NCBI GenBank assembly: GCA_947625915.1
Contig: CANQPX010000002.1
Span: 40,303 to 104,302, forward strand
Direction of reading: 5' to 3'
DNA: 64,000 nt
Source: an uncultured Clostridia bacterium
Lineage (GTDB): Bacteria; Bacillota; Clostridia; Oscillospirales; Ruminococcaceae
Below, piece after piece: positions 54,389-64,000 of the stretch (its first letter is position 1; each line of letters starts with the position of its first letter). The notes under the pieces are model-generated. The model saw only the letters and a program-made list of their open reading frames with translations, ran no database searches and was not told the DNA's origin. The position numbers were made by a program, and so were the translations under genes.

Positions 54389-57133
54389 ATGGCAAAGATA
54401 ATTCTCGATTGGAACAAATACCTCAATACCGCCCGCAAAGCTGCCGCGGAAGGAATAGTTATGCTCGAAAATAACGGCGTTCTACCGCTCGATAAAAATT
54501 CCGTAACGGCTGTTTTCGGACGTATACAAAGCAATTATTATAAGAGCGGTACAGGCTCGGGAGGATTGGTAAACGTCTCTAAAGTGTGGAACTTGACCGA
54601 AGGCTTGAAGGAAAACGGCGCAAAACTCAATGCGGAACTCGAAAACGCTTATTCCGAATGGGAAAAGGAACACCCTTTCAGTCACGGTCTCGGTTGGGGA
54701 GAAGAACCTTGGTCGCAGGAGGAAATGCCCCTTGACGAAACCTTCGTTAAACATATTGCAGAAAATTCCGATACGGCTCTTGTAATTATCGGACGAACCG
54801 CAGGCGAAGAACTGGACAGCAAAAACGAACCCGGTTCATATCTGCTTACGGAACTTGAATATGATATGCTGAAAAAAGTCCGCAGAAATTTCACGAAAAT
54901 GACGGTCGTCCTCAATGTGGGCGGTATCATTGATATGAAATTCGTTCACGATATAAGACCCGACGCGGTGCTTTATGTTTGGCAGGGCGGAATGATCGGC
55001 GGTCTTGCGGCGGCGGACGTTTTGTTGGGAAAAACAAGCCCCGGCGGAAAACTTGCGGACACTATCGCAGAAAATATTTCCGACTATCCGTCTCATCCGT
55101 ACTTCGGCGACAGAGAGAGAAACTTTTACTCTGAGGATATTTATGTCGGATATCGTTATTTTGAAACTTTTGCACAGGACAAAGTGTTATATCCCTTCGG
55201 CTTCGGACTTTCTTACACCGATTTTGAGGTAAAAACACTTTCCGCTTCTCACGATAAAGAAAATGTGCGGCTTGAAATTTCCGTGAAAAATATCGGCAAA
55301 TGTGCGGGAAAAGAAGTTATACAGATATACTGCGGCGCAGCCCAAGGCAAACTCGGCAAGCCTGCAAAAGTCCTCTGCAATTTTGCAAAAACCAATGAAC
55401 TTGCCCCCGACAAAGAGCAAAAACTTTCTTTTGTGGTACCTCTTGCTTCCCTTGCGTCTTACGATGATTCGGGAGCATCGGGATATGCAAATTGCTACGT
55501 TCTCGAAGCGGGAGAATATAAAATTTTTGCGGGAACGGACGTAAGATCCGCAGAATGTGTCTACAGCTTCAACATCTCCGAAAATATCGTTACAGAAAAG
55601 CTTTCCGAAGCATATGCTCCCGTTATTGAGTTTGAAAGAATGAAAAACAGCGGCGGGAAAGTTATCATGGAAAACGTTCCTACCGCCAAGACCGATATGT
55701 ATGCCCGCCGCAAAGAAAACCTTCCCGCCGAGATACCGCAGACAGACGACAAGGGCATAAAGCTTTCGGACGTTATGAACGGGAAAAATCCCATGGACGA
55801 ATTTATCGCCCAGCTTACCGATGACGATCTTTCCTGCATTATCCGCGGCGAAGGTATGGGAAGCCCTAAAGTCACCGCAGGAACTGCCGCCGCTTTCGGC
55901 GGAGTCTCGGAACATCTCGCAGCACTCGGGATCCCCTGCGGCTGCTGTGACGACGGTCCTTCGGGAATGAGACTTGACTGCGGAACAAAAGCTTTCAGCC
56001 TGCCTATAGGAACGCTTATCGCCTGCACGTTCAACACCGAACTTATCACAGAACTTTTCTCCTTTACGGGAATTGAAATGGCTGCAAATAAAGTTGACTG
56101 CCTTCTCGGTCCGGGAATGAACATTCACCGCCACCCGCTGAACGGAAGGAATTTTGAATATTTCAGCGAAGATCCTTTCTTAACGGGAACCATGGCTGCG
56201 GCTGAACTGAAAGGTATGCGCTCCGCAGGCGTTACCGGAACTATAAAGCATTTCTGCGGAAACAATCAGGAGACCCTCCGCCGAACCGTTGATAATGTTA
56301 TATCCCAAAGAGCTCTGCGGGAAATTTACCTTAAAGGTTTTGAAATCGCAATAAAAGACGGCGGAGCAGTTACCGTTATGACTACTTACGGTCCTGTAAA
56401 CGGTATTTGGACGGCAAGCAGCTACGACCTTAATACAACTATCCTGCGCGGCGAATGGGTATTTGACGGCTTTGTAATGACCGACTGGTGGTCAACGATG
56501 AACGAACGCGACAAGCCCGCTTCGCCAAACGATTTTGCATCAATGGCAAGAGCGCAGAACGATGTCTATATGGTCTGCGCGGACAGCTCGAAAAATACTC
56601 ACGGCGACAATACCCTTGCTTCGCTTGAAGCGGGAACGCTCACAAGAGGAGAACTTCAGAGAAATGCAAAAAACATATGCAAAATGCTTATGGGAACTCT
56701 TGCTATGAAACGTCTCCTCGGAACTGCCGATGAAATAGAGATCATAAACCGTCCTAATGACGGAGAAAATTTTGACGCGTCAAATGTGGAATTCCACAAG
56801 CTTGACGGAAGTCTTACCCTTCCTCTTGCCGGAATAAACACCGAAAAGGGTTCAAGCTATGTTTTCGCGCTTGACATAGTTCGCACGGGAAAATTCAGAG
56901 CCACCATAACCGCAAAGTCCGACAGCGGCGAAGTAGCGCAAATGCCTGTTACGCTTTTTGTACTCGGAACGCCTACAGGAGTTTACACATTCAACGGAAC
57001 GAACGGCGAATGGGTATCTATAGATCGTGAGATAATAGCATTCTCGCGGTTCACGGCTTGCAGGTTATATTTTGGACAAAGCGGGCTTACGCTGAAAGAC
57101 ATACGCTTTGAAATAACGGAAGAATTCAAATAA
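54389..57133 (+). CDS. glycoside hydrolase family 3 (beta-glucosidase/beta-xylosidase-like)
   Basis: GH3 pattern including the KHFCGNNQE and VMTDWW (nucleophile Asp) regions, a fibronectin-like domain and a C-terminal extra domain. ATG 54389 follows AAAGGA. The TTG at 54371 in the track is less likely. Confidence 0.9.
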   Translation: MAKIILDWNKYLNTARKAAAEGIVMLENNGVLPLDKNSVTAVFGRIQSNYYKSGTGSGGLVNVSKVWNLTEGLKENGAKLNAELENAYSEWEKEHPFSHGLGWGEEPWSQEEMPLDETFVKHIAENSDTALVIIGRTAGEELDSKNEPGSYLLTELEYDMLKKVRRNFTKMTVVLNVGGIIDMKFVHDIRPDAVLYVWQGGMIGGLAAADVLLGKTSPGGKLADTIAENISDYPSHPYFGDRERNFYSEDIYVGYRYFETFAQDKVLYPFGFGLSYTDFEVKTLSASHDKENVRLEISVKNIGKCAGKEVIQIYCGAAQGKLGKPAKVLCNFAKTNELAPDKEQKLSFVVPLASLASYDDSGASGYANCYVLEAGEYKIFAGTDVRSAECVYSFNISENIVTEKLSEAYAPVIEFERMKNSGGKVIMENVPTAKTDMYARRKENLPAEIPQTDDKGIKLSDVMNGKNPMDEFIAQLTDDDLSCIIRGEGMGSPKVTAGTAAAFGGVSEHLAALGIPCGCCDDGPSGMRLDCGTKAFSLPIGTLIACTFNTELITELFSFTGIEMAANKVDCLLGPGMNIHRHPLNGRNFEYFSEDPFLTGTMAAAELKGMRSAGVTGTIKHFCGNNQETLRRTVDNVISQRALREIYLKGFEIAIKDGGAVTVMTTYGPVNGIWTASSYDLNTTILRGEWVFDGFVMTDWWSTMNERDKPASPNDFASMARAQNDVYMVCADSSKNTHGDNTLASLEAGTLTRGELQRNAKNICKMLMGTLAMKRLLGTADEIEIINRPNDGENFDASNVEFHKLDGSLTLPLAGINTEKGSSYVFALDIVRTGKFRATITAKSDSGEVAQMPVTLFVLGTPTGVYTFNGTNGEWVSIDREIIAFSRFTACRLYFGQSGLTLKDIRFEITEEFK

Positions 57134-57142
57134 TAAAGAATG

Positions 57143-57486
57143 TCGAAAAACTAAAAATAGGCGCGGACAAACTAAATAGCGAAAAACAAAACTTCGCCCG
57201 AAAAGCTGATCCAGCGCAGCCGCGCTGGTGGGGTCAAGGGGTGAAACCCCTTGTCGTTGTCCGCAGACAACGAAATCCCCTTTACGAAGGCGCCTCTGCA
57301 AAGGAGTGAATTGCCGCCCCTTTGGGCGGCAAGAGGGGAACGCTCTGCAAGAGAGAGCGTTCCCCTTGGCATCAACGGTTATTATAATTTAAACCTTGCC
57401 AAACAGCCCGGTGAGCTGTTTGGCAATATAGAGCAATTTGTTTTTCTAAAAATTGATCCGTTATTTGTCAACGAACTATACTATTA
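57143..57486 (+). repeat. multi-hairpin intergenic element, copy 6
   Basis: Starts 10 nt after the GH3 stop with GAAAAACTAAAAATAGGCGCGGACAAAC. The full hairpin series and the terminal TTGCCAAACAGC-CCGGTGA-GCTGTTTGGCAA hairpin are present. Confidence 0.85.
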
Positions 57487-57525
57487 AAAATTTAAATGCC
57501 GATGCTTTTGCACCGGCATTTTGTA
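57487..57525. terminator. bidirectional terminator (ftsZ side / GH3 side)
   Basis: ATGCCGATGC-TTTT-GCACCGGCAT, flanked by AAAAATTTAAA and TTTTG. Confidence 0.6.
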
Positions 57526-57546
57526 TCATTATGTATTTATCTCATT

Positions 57547-58644
57547 TTACGGTCTGTCGTTGAATATTCCCATAAGTACGGAATAATCGTCTATCGCCGA
57601 ATGTTCCGCAGGCTCGGAACTGTCACCGCTGCTGCCGCTGCCTGTTGATGAAGATTCGTCAACGTTCGTTACCATTCCTTCACCAAGATTTTTAAATCCC
57701 GAAGCAATTACCGTAAGATTGATCTCGTCCTGCATCTCAGGATCGAAACTTGCACCAAATATCAGTTCAACATCAGGATCCGCAGCTTCAGTAATAAGTT
57801 TTGTAGCAGTGTCTATATCCGTTGAAAGCGCGTCCTCTGACATAACGATGTTTACCAGCAAACGAGTTGCACCGCTGATAGAAGTTTCGAGCAGAGGGCT
57901 TGTGATGACCGCATTTGCAGCTTCCGCAGCCTTATCCTTGCCCGAACCGTGACCTATAGCCATATGTGCATATCCCGCGTTCTTCATCGTAGTCTCAACG
58001 TCCGCGAAATCCAGATTGATAAATCCGTCTACCGTAATAAGTTCGGCAATGGATTTTACACCTGTTTTAAGGATATTATCCGCCAGAGCAAAACTTTCCT
58101 TCATGGTGAGCTGTTTTTCGCTCGTCGTGATAAGGCGTTCGTTAGGGATGACCACCAACGAGTCAACGTGCTTCATCAGTTCGGCAATACCGCGTTCAGC
58201 CTGTGCCATTTTAGCTTTTTGTTCAAAGTTAAAAGGTTTTGTAACAACGGCAACGGTAAGTATATCCATTTCCTTGGCTATTTCCGCAACTACAGGAGCA
58301 GCGCCCGTGCCTGTACCGCCGCCCATACCCGCAGCAATAAACACCATTGTTGAACCTTTCAGCGCGGCAGCGATCTCATCGCGGTTCTCCTGAGCGGAAC
58401 GCTCGCCTATTTCGGGCTTATTGCCCGCGCCGCGTCCTCTGGTAAGTTTTTCACCGATCTGGACTTTTGTAGAAGCCTTTGAAGCTCTCAGAGCGGCGGC
58501 ATCGGTATTCACCGCCACGAATTCAACGTCAAAAATGCCTTCGGTAGCCATGCAGTTCAGGGCGTTTCCGCCGCCGCCGCCAACACCTACTACCTTTATG
58601 TTAATGTCGGAATAGATCTCCTCATTATCTACCGCAAAACTCAT
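57547..58644 (-). CDS. ftsZ: cell division protein FtsZ
   Basis: 365-aa ORF with the GVGGGGGNA and AGMGGGTGTGAAP tubulin signature motifs. Confidence 0.97.
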   Translation of the reverse strand: MSFAVDNEEIYSDINIKVVGVGGGGGNALNCMATEGIFDVEFVAVNTDAAALRASKASTKVQIGEKLTRGRGAGNKPEIGERSAQENRDEIAAALKGSTMVFIAAGMGGGTGTGAAPVVAEIAKEMDILTVAVVTKPFNFEQKAKMAQAERGIAELMKHVDSLVVIPNERLITTSEKQLTMKESFALADNILKTGVKSIAELITVDGFINLDFADVETTMKNAGYAHMAIGHGSGKDKAAEAANAVITSPLLETSISGATRLLVNIVMSEDALSTDIDTATKLITEAADPDVELIFGASFDPEMQDEINLTVIASGFKNLGEGMVTNVDESSSTGSGSSGDSSEPAEHSAIDDYSVLMGIFNDRP

Positions 58645-58780
58645 TTAAAACGTCCTCCTAATTTATTTTTACATTCTGTAAAACTCAACACATATACAAG
58701 TTTATTGTACCACACTTCAAATAATTTTTCAAGTGGTTTTAAGAAAAAATATAAGTTTTAGAAAATATTACTAAAATGGG

Positions 58781-59677
58781 CTACTCAAAATTCAATTTTG
58801 TTGTTTCCGAAGCGTCTGTTACGGCGTCCGAACTGCTTTCAGAAGCGGGATCCGCGGCAGTTTCTTCCTGTGAAACGGAAGTTTCCATATTGAATTCGAC
58901 TGTCTGTTCTATCTGTTCCAGATCCGACTTGCTAAGGAACTGTGCGCTGTTTTCAAGCATTCGCAGCCGTCCTTCCGCGTCGGGGGATATCTTTGTGGAA
59001 AGTATATTTTCCGCAAGCCTGTACTTGTAGTCTATATCCGCGATAACGCCGAGGTCTATCTCAATGCGCCCTTCGTATGTACAGCTTATGTTCAGCCTGT
59101 CGTTTACGTTGTAATCGGTTATTTTTGAGCCGAACTCGGAATTTGCCCGTTCCATAAGTTCATAAATGACTTCGGTCTTGTTTTCATCGGCGGAAACGAA
59201 CTTCATTCCCTCTGTAAGCCCTTCCGCAGGTTCTGTTCCGTAGAAGATCGGTAATCCGCTGCCCGGCGAAGCGGAACTTGCAAGTATCTTGCCTGTTCTG
59301 CTTACGATACGGTAACCGTTATCATAATTATCCATACAAGCGGTCTCCTGACAAGGTGTAACGGATATTTCCAGCGATGAGGGGAAACGTCTTGTTATTT
59401 CCGCAGTTTCAATATATATCAGATCTTCGGTAATGCGTTTTTCGGCTTTGCCCATATTTTTCCGTATCATATTGTCGCCGCCGTTTATGCCGCTTGCCGC
59501 AACTATCTCTTCTGCGGTGTATATGGACGAACCTGTTACTATCACCGTCTCAACGTTGAAAAATACCGTTACCGCAAGTATTGAAAATATTATAATGACT
59601 ATCGCCGCCAAAGTGATATAATAAAGCGACATATTTCGTTTGCGGCTTCTTCCGTATCCTTTTTCCGGATCCTGCAT
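58781..59677 (-). CDS. ftsQ: FtsQ/DivIB-type cell division protein
   Basis: 298-aa ORF with an N-terminal TM anchor and a POTRA-like region (VETVIVTGSSIYTAEEI). Positioned between murA and ftsZ. Confidence 0.6.
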   Translation of the reverse strand: MQDPEKGYGRSRKRNMSLYYITLAAIVIIIFSILAVTVFFNVETVIVTGSSIYTAEEIVAASGINGGDNMIRKNMGKAEKRITEDLIYIETAEITRRFPSSLEISVTPCQETACMDNYDNGYRIVSRTGKILASSASPGSGLPIFYGTEPAEGLTEGMKFVSADENKTEVIYELMERANSEFGSKITDYNVNDRLNISCTYEGRIEIDLGVIADIDYKYRLAENILSTKISPDAEGRLRMLENSAQFLSKSDLEQIEQTVEFNMETSVSQEETAADPASESSSDAVTDASETTKLNFE

Positions 59678-59690
59678 TTTAAATTTCTCC

Positions 59691-60947
59691 TTATTCCCGG
59701 GCTATCCCGGCGCCTATTGACGAAAGAACTTTTTCTATCTCTTCATAACCTCTGTCAATGTAATGAATGTCCGATATCTCACTGACGCCTTCCGCAGAAA
59801 GCGCAGCCGTCACAAGTCCCGCACCGCCTCTCAGGTCTGCGGCGCATACTTTTGCGCCGTAAAGGCGTTCGACCCCTTCTATAACGGCAACTTTCCCTTC
59901 AACAAGTATATCCGCGCCCATTCGGCAAAGTTCTCCAACGTGCTTGAAACGGTTCTCGAATATATTTTCCACAAATACCGATGTACCCTTTGCTTTACAA
60001 AGCGCAGCCATCAGCACCGCCTGTGCGTCCGTCGGAAATCCGGGGAAGACCATTGTTCTTATAGGCGCGACCGCTTTAAGAGGGTGATCCGCGCTGAAAT
60101 ATATCTTATCCGCAGCCGAGTGAACTATGCAGCCCATCTGCTCGAAAACATTCATTATGCTTTCCATATCCGCAGGACGACAGCCCGAAACTACCAGTTC
60201 TCCGCCCGCTGCGGCAGCGCATGAAAGATATGTTGCACAAACTATCCTGTCGGGCATTATCGTATATTCACAGCTATGGAGCTTTTCCACTCCGTTTATG
60301 ACTATCCTTCCGCAGCCCGCGCCGCTTATTTTTGCTCCGCAGGAATTGAGAAATCCCGCAAGATCGGAAATTTCGGGTTCCCGCGCGGCATTCTGTATCA
60401 CAGTCGTTCCCTCTGCGAGCACCGCGGCAAGCATAATATTTTCCGTTGTACCCACCGATGGGAAAGAAAGGTTTATTTTTGCGCCTCTTAATCCTTTTTC
60501 CGCCGTACAGTCAAGTACGCCGAATTCCTCGCGTATCGTGACTCCCATTTTCCGCAGTGCGGAAATATGCATATCTATCGGGCGGGGACCGAGATCGCAG
60601 CCGCCGGGAAGAGTTATCCTGCATTTTCCCGTTCTTCCGAGGACTGCACCCAGAAAGAACACCGAAGAACGCATTTCCCGCATAAGTTCGTCCGGGATAT
60701 CATTCACAGAAATATTTTCGGCTTTTACCGAAAGATGATTTTTATCTTCAAAACCGACTTTACAGCCGAGATATGTAAGTATCCTCATAGCGGAATAAAC
60801 GTCCGAAATACGCGGGCAATTGTGCAGGATGATCTCCCCGCCGCAGAGCGTACACGCTGCTATTATCGGCAGCGCGGCATTTTTTGCGCCTTGTATACGA
60901 ATTTCTCCGCCCAGTCTTTTCCCTCCGTTTATGATAAGCTTTTGCAT
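59691..60947 (-). CDS. murA: UDP-N-acetylglucosamine 1-carboxyvinyltransferase
   Basis: 418-aa ORF with LIINGGKRLGGEIRIQGAKNAALPI and the active-site loop PGGCDLGPRPID. Confidence 0.95.
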   Translation of the reverse strand: MQKLIINGGKRLGGEIRIQGAKNAALPIIAACTLCGGEIILHNCPRISDVYSAMRILTYLGCKVGFEDKNHLSVKAENISVNDIPDELMREMRSSVFFLGAVLGRTGKCRITLPGGCDLGPRPIDMHISALRKMGVTIREEFGVLDCTAEKGLRGAKINLSFPSVGTTENIMLAAVLAEGTTVIQNAAREPEISDLAGFLNSCGAKISGAGCGRIVINGVEKLHSCEYTIMPDRIVCATYLSCAAAAGGELVVSGCRPADMESIMNVFEQMGCIVHSAADKIYFSADHPLKAVAPIRTMVFPGFPTDAQAVLMAALCKAKGTSVFVENIFENRFKHVGELCRMGADILVEGKVAVIEGVERLYGAKVCAADLRGGAGLVTAALSAEGVSEISDIHYIDRGYEEIEKVLSSIGAGIARE

Positions 60948-61182
60948 ATGGGCAGCTCCCTTACGTTTTTACATTATGTTATGCGTAAGGGGGATATTGT
61001 GTGAAAAGCTTCGCCTTTCAGCAGGCTGAGCCTGCACCCATTAAGGCATTATTTTGTTGTTTCTTGTTTATTTAAACCGTGCATAAAGTATGTCGGTTTA
61101 ACTGTCCGTCTCCCCAATTAGAGGAGAAAATATCATCGTATATTAAACGATACCGGATCTAAAAAAATTTTCTAAACACAAA

Positions 61183-62322
61183 TCAATCTTTTGCAGTTGG
61201 AACTAATTTTTTTATAACAGAATAAATTCTGTCGGGCGTGTCTTTTACATAAGTTTCCGCAGCGCGTTTCGCAAGCGTATCGAGCCTTGCGGGATCGTGT
61301 ATAAGTTCAAGAACTTTTTCAAGCAGAAGTTCATCTGTAAGATCTTTTTCTTCAATAACAACTGCCGCTCCCGCACGTCCGAGGACCATTGCGTTATGGA
61401 ACTGATGATTTGCTGTAACGTTCGGCGAAGGGATAAGCACCGAAGCCCGTCCCATTGCCTGTAATTCCGATATTGTGGACGCTCCGCTGCGGCTGATTAT
61501 AAGATCTGCGGCGGCTGTGCAAACGTCCATATTGTTTATGTATTCACGAACGATAAGGTTCGGGTTATTGTCGGGATCTATCCCAAGTTCGGCAAGCTTG
61601 GGGAGAAACGTTTCATGACCCATTTTTCCGAAACCGTGGATATGGTTCACGGGGAAGCCGTTTTCCTTTTCCCATTTCATAAGTGCGGCGGCGCTGTTGT
61701 TTATCGCGCCCGCACCAAGGCTCCCGCCGAAACTGAAAATACATATCTTATCGTCAAGACCGAGTTTTTTCTTTGCTTCGATCCTCGTCAGTCTGCCCGA
61801 AGAAAACCCGCTCCTTACGGGAAGTCCCGTTATGGTATACTTTGCCTTCGGGTCAATATGCTGAACTGCTTCTTCCACCGTCAGCATAACTTCATCTACT
61901 TTTTTTGAAAGCAGCCTGTTCGTTATCCCGGGGAAAGCGTTCTGCTCATGTATAGCGGTGGGTATGCCCATTTGTGCGGCTTTTGAAAGTATGGGATAAC
62001 TTACATATCCGCCCGTTCCGATAACGATATCGGGCTTGAAATCCTCTATTATCTGATGCGAACGTATCCCCGAAACGGAAAGATATGCGGCGGCTTTCGC
62101 GTTCCTGACAAAATTTTTCGGAGTTATCTTCCTTTGGAAACCGCTTATTTTTATAGGTGCGAAATCGTATCCCGCTTCCGGGATAAGTTTTGCTTCCATT
62201 CCGTTGGGAGTTCCCGCAAAAAGGAACTCCGCATCGGGGTCATGCTGTTTTATTATTGACGCTATTGCAAGAGCGGGGTTTATATGTCCGCCCGTACCGC
62301 CGCCCGCAAGCAGCACTTTCAT
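61183..62322 (-). CDS. murG: undecaprenyldiphospho-muramoylpentapeptide beta-N-acetylglucosaminyltransferase
   Basis: 379-aa ORF with LLAGGGTGGHINPALA and a GT28 pattern. Confidence 0.95.
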   Translation of the reverse strand: MKVLLAGGGTGGHINPALAIASIIKQHDPDAEFLFAGTPNGMEAKLIPEAGYDFAPIKISGFQRKITPKNFVRNAKAAAYLSVSGIRSHQIIEDFKPDIVIGTGGYVSYPILSKAAQMGIPTAIHEQNAFPGITNRLLSKKVDEVMLTVEEAVQHIDPKAKYTITGLPVRSGFSSGRLTRIEAKKKLGLDDKICIFSFGGSLGAGAINNSAAALMKWEKENGFPVNHIHGFGKMGHETFLPKLAELGIDPDNNPNLIVREYINNMDVCTAAADLIISRSGASTISELQAMGRASVLIPSPNVTANHQFHNAMVLGRAGAAVVIEEKDLTDELLLEKVLELIHDPARLDTLAKRAAETYVKDTPDRIYSVIKKLVPTAKD

Positions 62323-62351
62323 AGTTATCTTCCTTTCAGAAATATCCTGCG

Positions 62352-63572
62352 CTATGTTTCAATTATAGATTGTCGGGAAATATTCAGTATAATGCCCATT
62401 TGGACCAGCTGCATTATAAGCGCCGTTCCGCCGTAACTGAAAAACGGCAGCGAAACTCCCGTGTTCGGGATCGTATTTGTTACAACGGCAATATTCAGCA
62501 GCGCCTGCAATCCGATCTGCACCGTAAGACCCACGGCGATCATCATGCCGAACTTATCAGGTGCTTTTGATGCGATATAAAATCCTCTTGCGATGAATAT
62601 AAGGAACAATATTATTACCATTATCGCTCCCACGAAGCCGAGTTCTTCACATACTACCGCAAAAACAAAGTCGTTCTGCGCTTCGGGAAGATACAAAAAC
62701 TTCTGTCTTGAATTCCCCAGTCCCAAGCCGAAAAGTCCGCCCGAACCTATTGCGATAAGGCTGTTCCTTGTCTGCCATACATCGTTCTGTGCGGCGTCTT
62801 CGTTGAAAGGATCCGTCCACGAAAGCAGACGGCTCTCAAAGTATGAGAACTTTCCTACTTTTACCAGTACGAACAGTGCCAGTGCAAGAAGTGCCAGACC
62901 TGCAAGACCGAGAAAAAGCAGATGACTGAATTTTGTTCCGCCCACATACATCATTATAATGCCTATGGCGCAAATGATTATCGTACCCGAAAGGTGGGGC
63001 TGCCACATCATCAGCAGCACTACCACTCCCAGAAACATCATAAACGGCACAACACCGTATTTGAACTGTTTCATTTTTGTGTAGTTTACCGAAATAAGAT
63101 ATGAGAAAAGCAGTATTATCGCCAGCTTCATAAGTTCCGACGGCTGGAACGCGGGAAGCGGTCCTATCTGTATCCATCTGTGAGAGTAACCTCTTGTATA
63201 CTGGAACGGTCCCACGCGGCACAATATCAGCAGCACTACGCAGAATGAATAAAATCCGTATGCAATTATAGGTTTTCTTAACCAGTGGTAGTCGAAAAAC
63301 GACATAAAGAACATTCCCACCAGTCCGATCACCGCCATTATAAGCTGATGGCTAACATAGTTCGTTCCCTTATTGCCCTTTGCGATAGCCCATGCGTACC
63401 CCGCCGAGAACATCATGATTATCCCCATAACGAGCAGTATCATAACTACCAGAAAAAACGGGAAATCCATAGGACCTACAGCATATTTTTCCTTATAGCC
63501 TTTGGAAACTCCGCCGGAAGTTATCTGTTTTCTCCTTCCGTCGTCCGGAATGGCTCTCGCCGTATTCTGCAT
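62352..63572 (-). CDS. ftsW: FtsW/RodA/SpoVE family peptidoglycan glycosyltransferase
   Basis: 406-aa polytopic SEDS ORF (QPSELMKL, PFFSYGGTA) between mraY and murG. It could be the sporulation paralogue spoVE. Confidence 0.9.
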   Translation of the reverse strand: MQNTARAIPDDGRRKQITSGGVSKGYKEKYAVGPMDFPFFLVVMILLVMGIIMMFSAGYAWAIAKGNKGTNYVSHQLIMAVIGLVGMFFMSFFDYHWLRKPIIAYGFYSFCVVLLILCRVGPFQYTRGYSHRWIQIGPLPAFQPSELMKLAIILLFSYLISVNYTKMKQFKYGVVPFMMFLGVVVLLMMWQPHLSGTIIICAIGIIMMYVGGTKFSHLLFLGLAGLALLALALFVLVKVGKFSYFESRLLSWTDPFNEDAAQNDVWQTRNSLIAIGSGGLFGLGLGNSRQKFLYLPEAQNDFVFAVVCEELGFVGAIMVIILFLIFIARGFYIASKAPDKFGMMIAVGLTVQIGLQALLNIAVVTNTIPNTGVSLPFFSYGGTALIMQLVQMGIILNISRQSIIET

Positions 63573-63613
63573 AAGGACGCACTCTCCTTTCCGCGGAAAT
63601 TAAAATTATCTTT

Positions 63614-64000
63614 TTAAAGAAGATCGTATATCAGATTTGCCGCAATTCCCGCAATAAGCGCGGCAGTTGAAAATGTTATCACTATTTTATATTCGGAAAA
63701 TCCGCACATTTCAAAATGGTGATGTATAGGCGACATTTTGAAAAGGCGTTTGCCTTTTGTTATCTTGAAATATGTTACCTGAATTACCACCGACAGTGCT
63801 TCGATAATATAAACTATCGCCACCAGCGCAAGCAGCAGATGTTTATGCAGCGCAAATCCTATAGCGCATACCGCTCCGCCGAGGAACATCGATCCCGTAT
63901 CGCCCATAAATACTTTTGCCGGGTGAAGGTTCCATATAAGGAAGCCCAGACAAGCTCCCGCCAGAGCCATTGAGAATATCGAATATTCCCATTCGCCCAT
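63614..64000 (-). CDS. mraY: phospho-N-acetylmuramoyl-pentapeptide-transferase (C-terminal part; gene runs off the window)
   Basis: Contains KVFMGDTGSMFLGG and MSPIHHHFE, typical of the MraY C-terminal third. The Met at 64000 is an edge artefact. Confidence 0.9.
   Translation of the reverse strand: MGEWEYSIFSMALAGACLGFLIWNLHPAKVFMGDTGSMFLGGAVCAIGFALHKHLLLALVAIVYIIEALSVVIQVTYFKITKGKRLFKMSPIHHHFEMCGFSEYKIVITFSTAALIAGIAANLIYDLL

Noticed and set aside
10341-57486. Whether the recurring ~300-bp repeats, or the hairpins within them, form a CRISPR array.
   Set aside because: The copies are kilobases apart in separate intergenic regions. There is no regular repeat-spacer periodicity, and no cas genes are present.
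1-64000. Prophage, integrative element, IS, toxin-antitoxin or defence island.
   Set aside because: No integrase, transposase, recombinase, reverse transcriptase, Cas, restriction-modification or phage structural signatures were recognised in any frame. The gene content is housekeeping with conserved Firmicute synteny.

Overview
This window looks like core chromosome from a spore-forming Clostridia-class Firmicute, judged from spoIIE, a spoVE/ftsW-type gene, the yaaO-darA-holB-yaaT block, glgBCDA and a dcw cluster. About 55 protein genes are supported. They include a partial type IV pilus operon (pilC, pilM/N, pilO-like), a Ca-type P-type ATPase, an amino-acid ABC transporter, an MBOAT/DHHW/DUF4358 acylation module and an SPFH protein. 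There is also a surface-polysaccharide locus (EpsG-like polymerase, priming sugar transferase, GT8, two HAD-like proteins), an EAL phosphodiesterase, secDF, glyQS, a GH3 glycosidase, and mraY-ftsW-murG-murA-ftsQ-ftsZ. I see no tRNA or rRNA gene, CRISPR array, transposase, integrase, reverse transcriptase or recognisable defence gene. The unusual content is non-coding. (1) Six dispersed copies of a ~300-nt multi-hairpin element show stem covariation, and each copy has the same end next to the stop codon of a co-oriented gene. (2) Two copies of a ~0.85-kb nested imperfect palindrome lie between divergent genes; their AT-rich cores share an orientation, but their GC-rich hairpin arms are exchanged and inverted between the copies. 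(3) A ~200-nt terminator-ended transcript candidate carries six CCCC motifs. By my coordinates the two repeat families occupy roughly 3.7 kb of the window. I cannot match any of the three to a named RNA or repeat family from memory. All need database and transcriptome checks.
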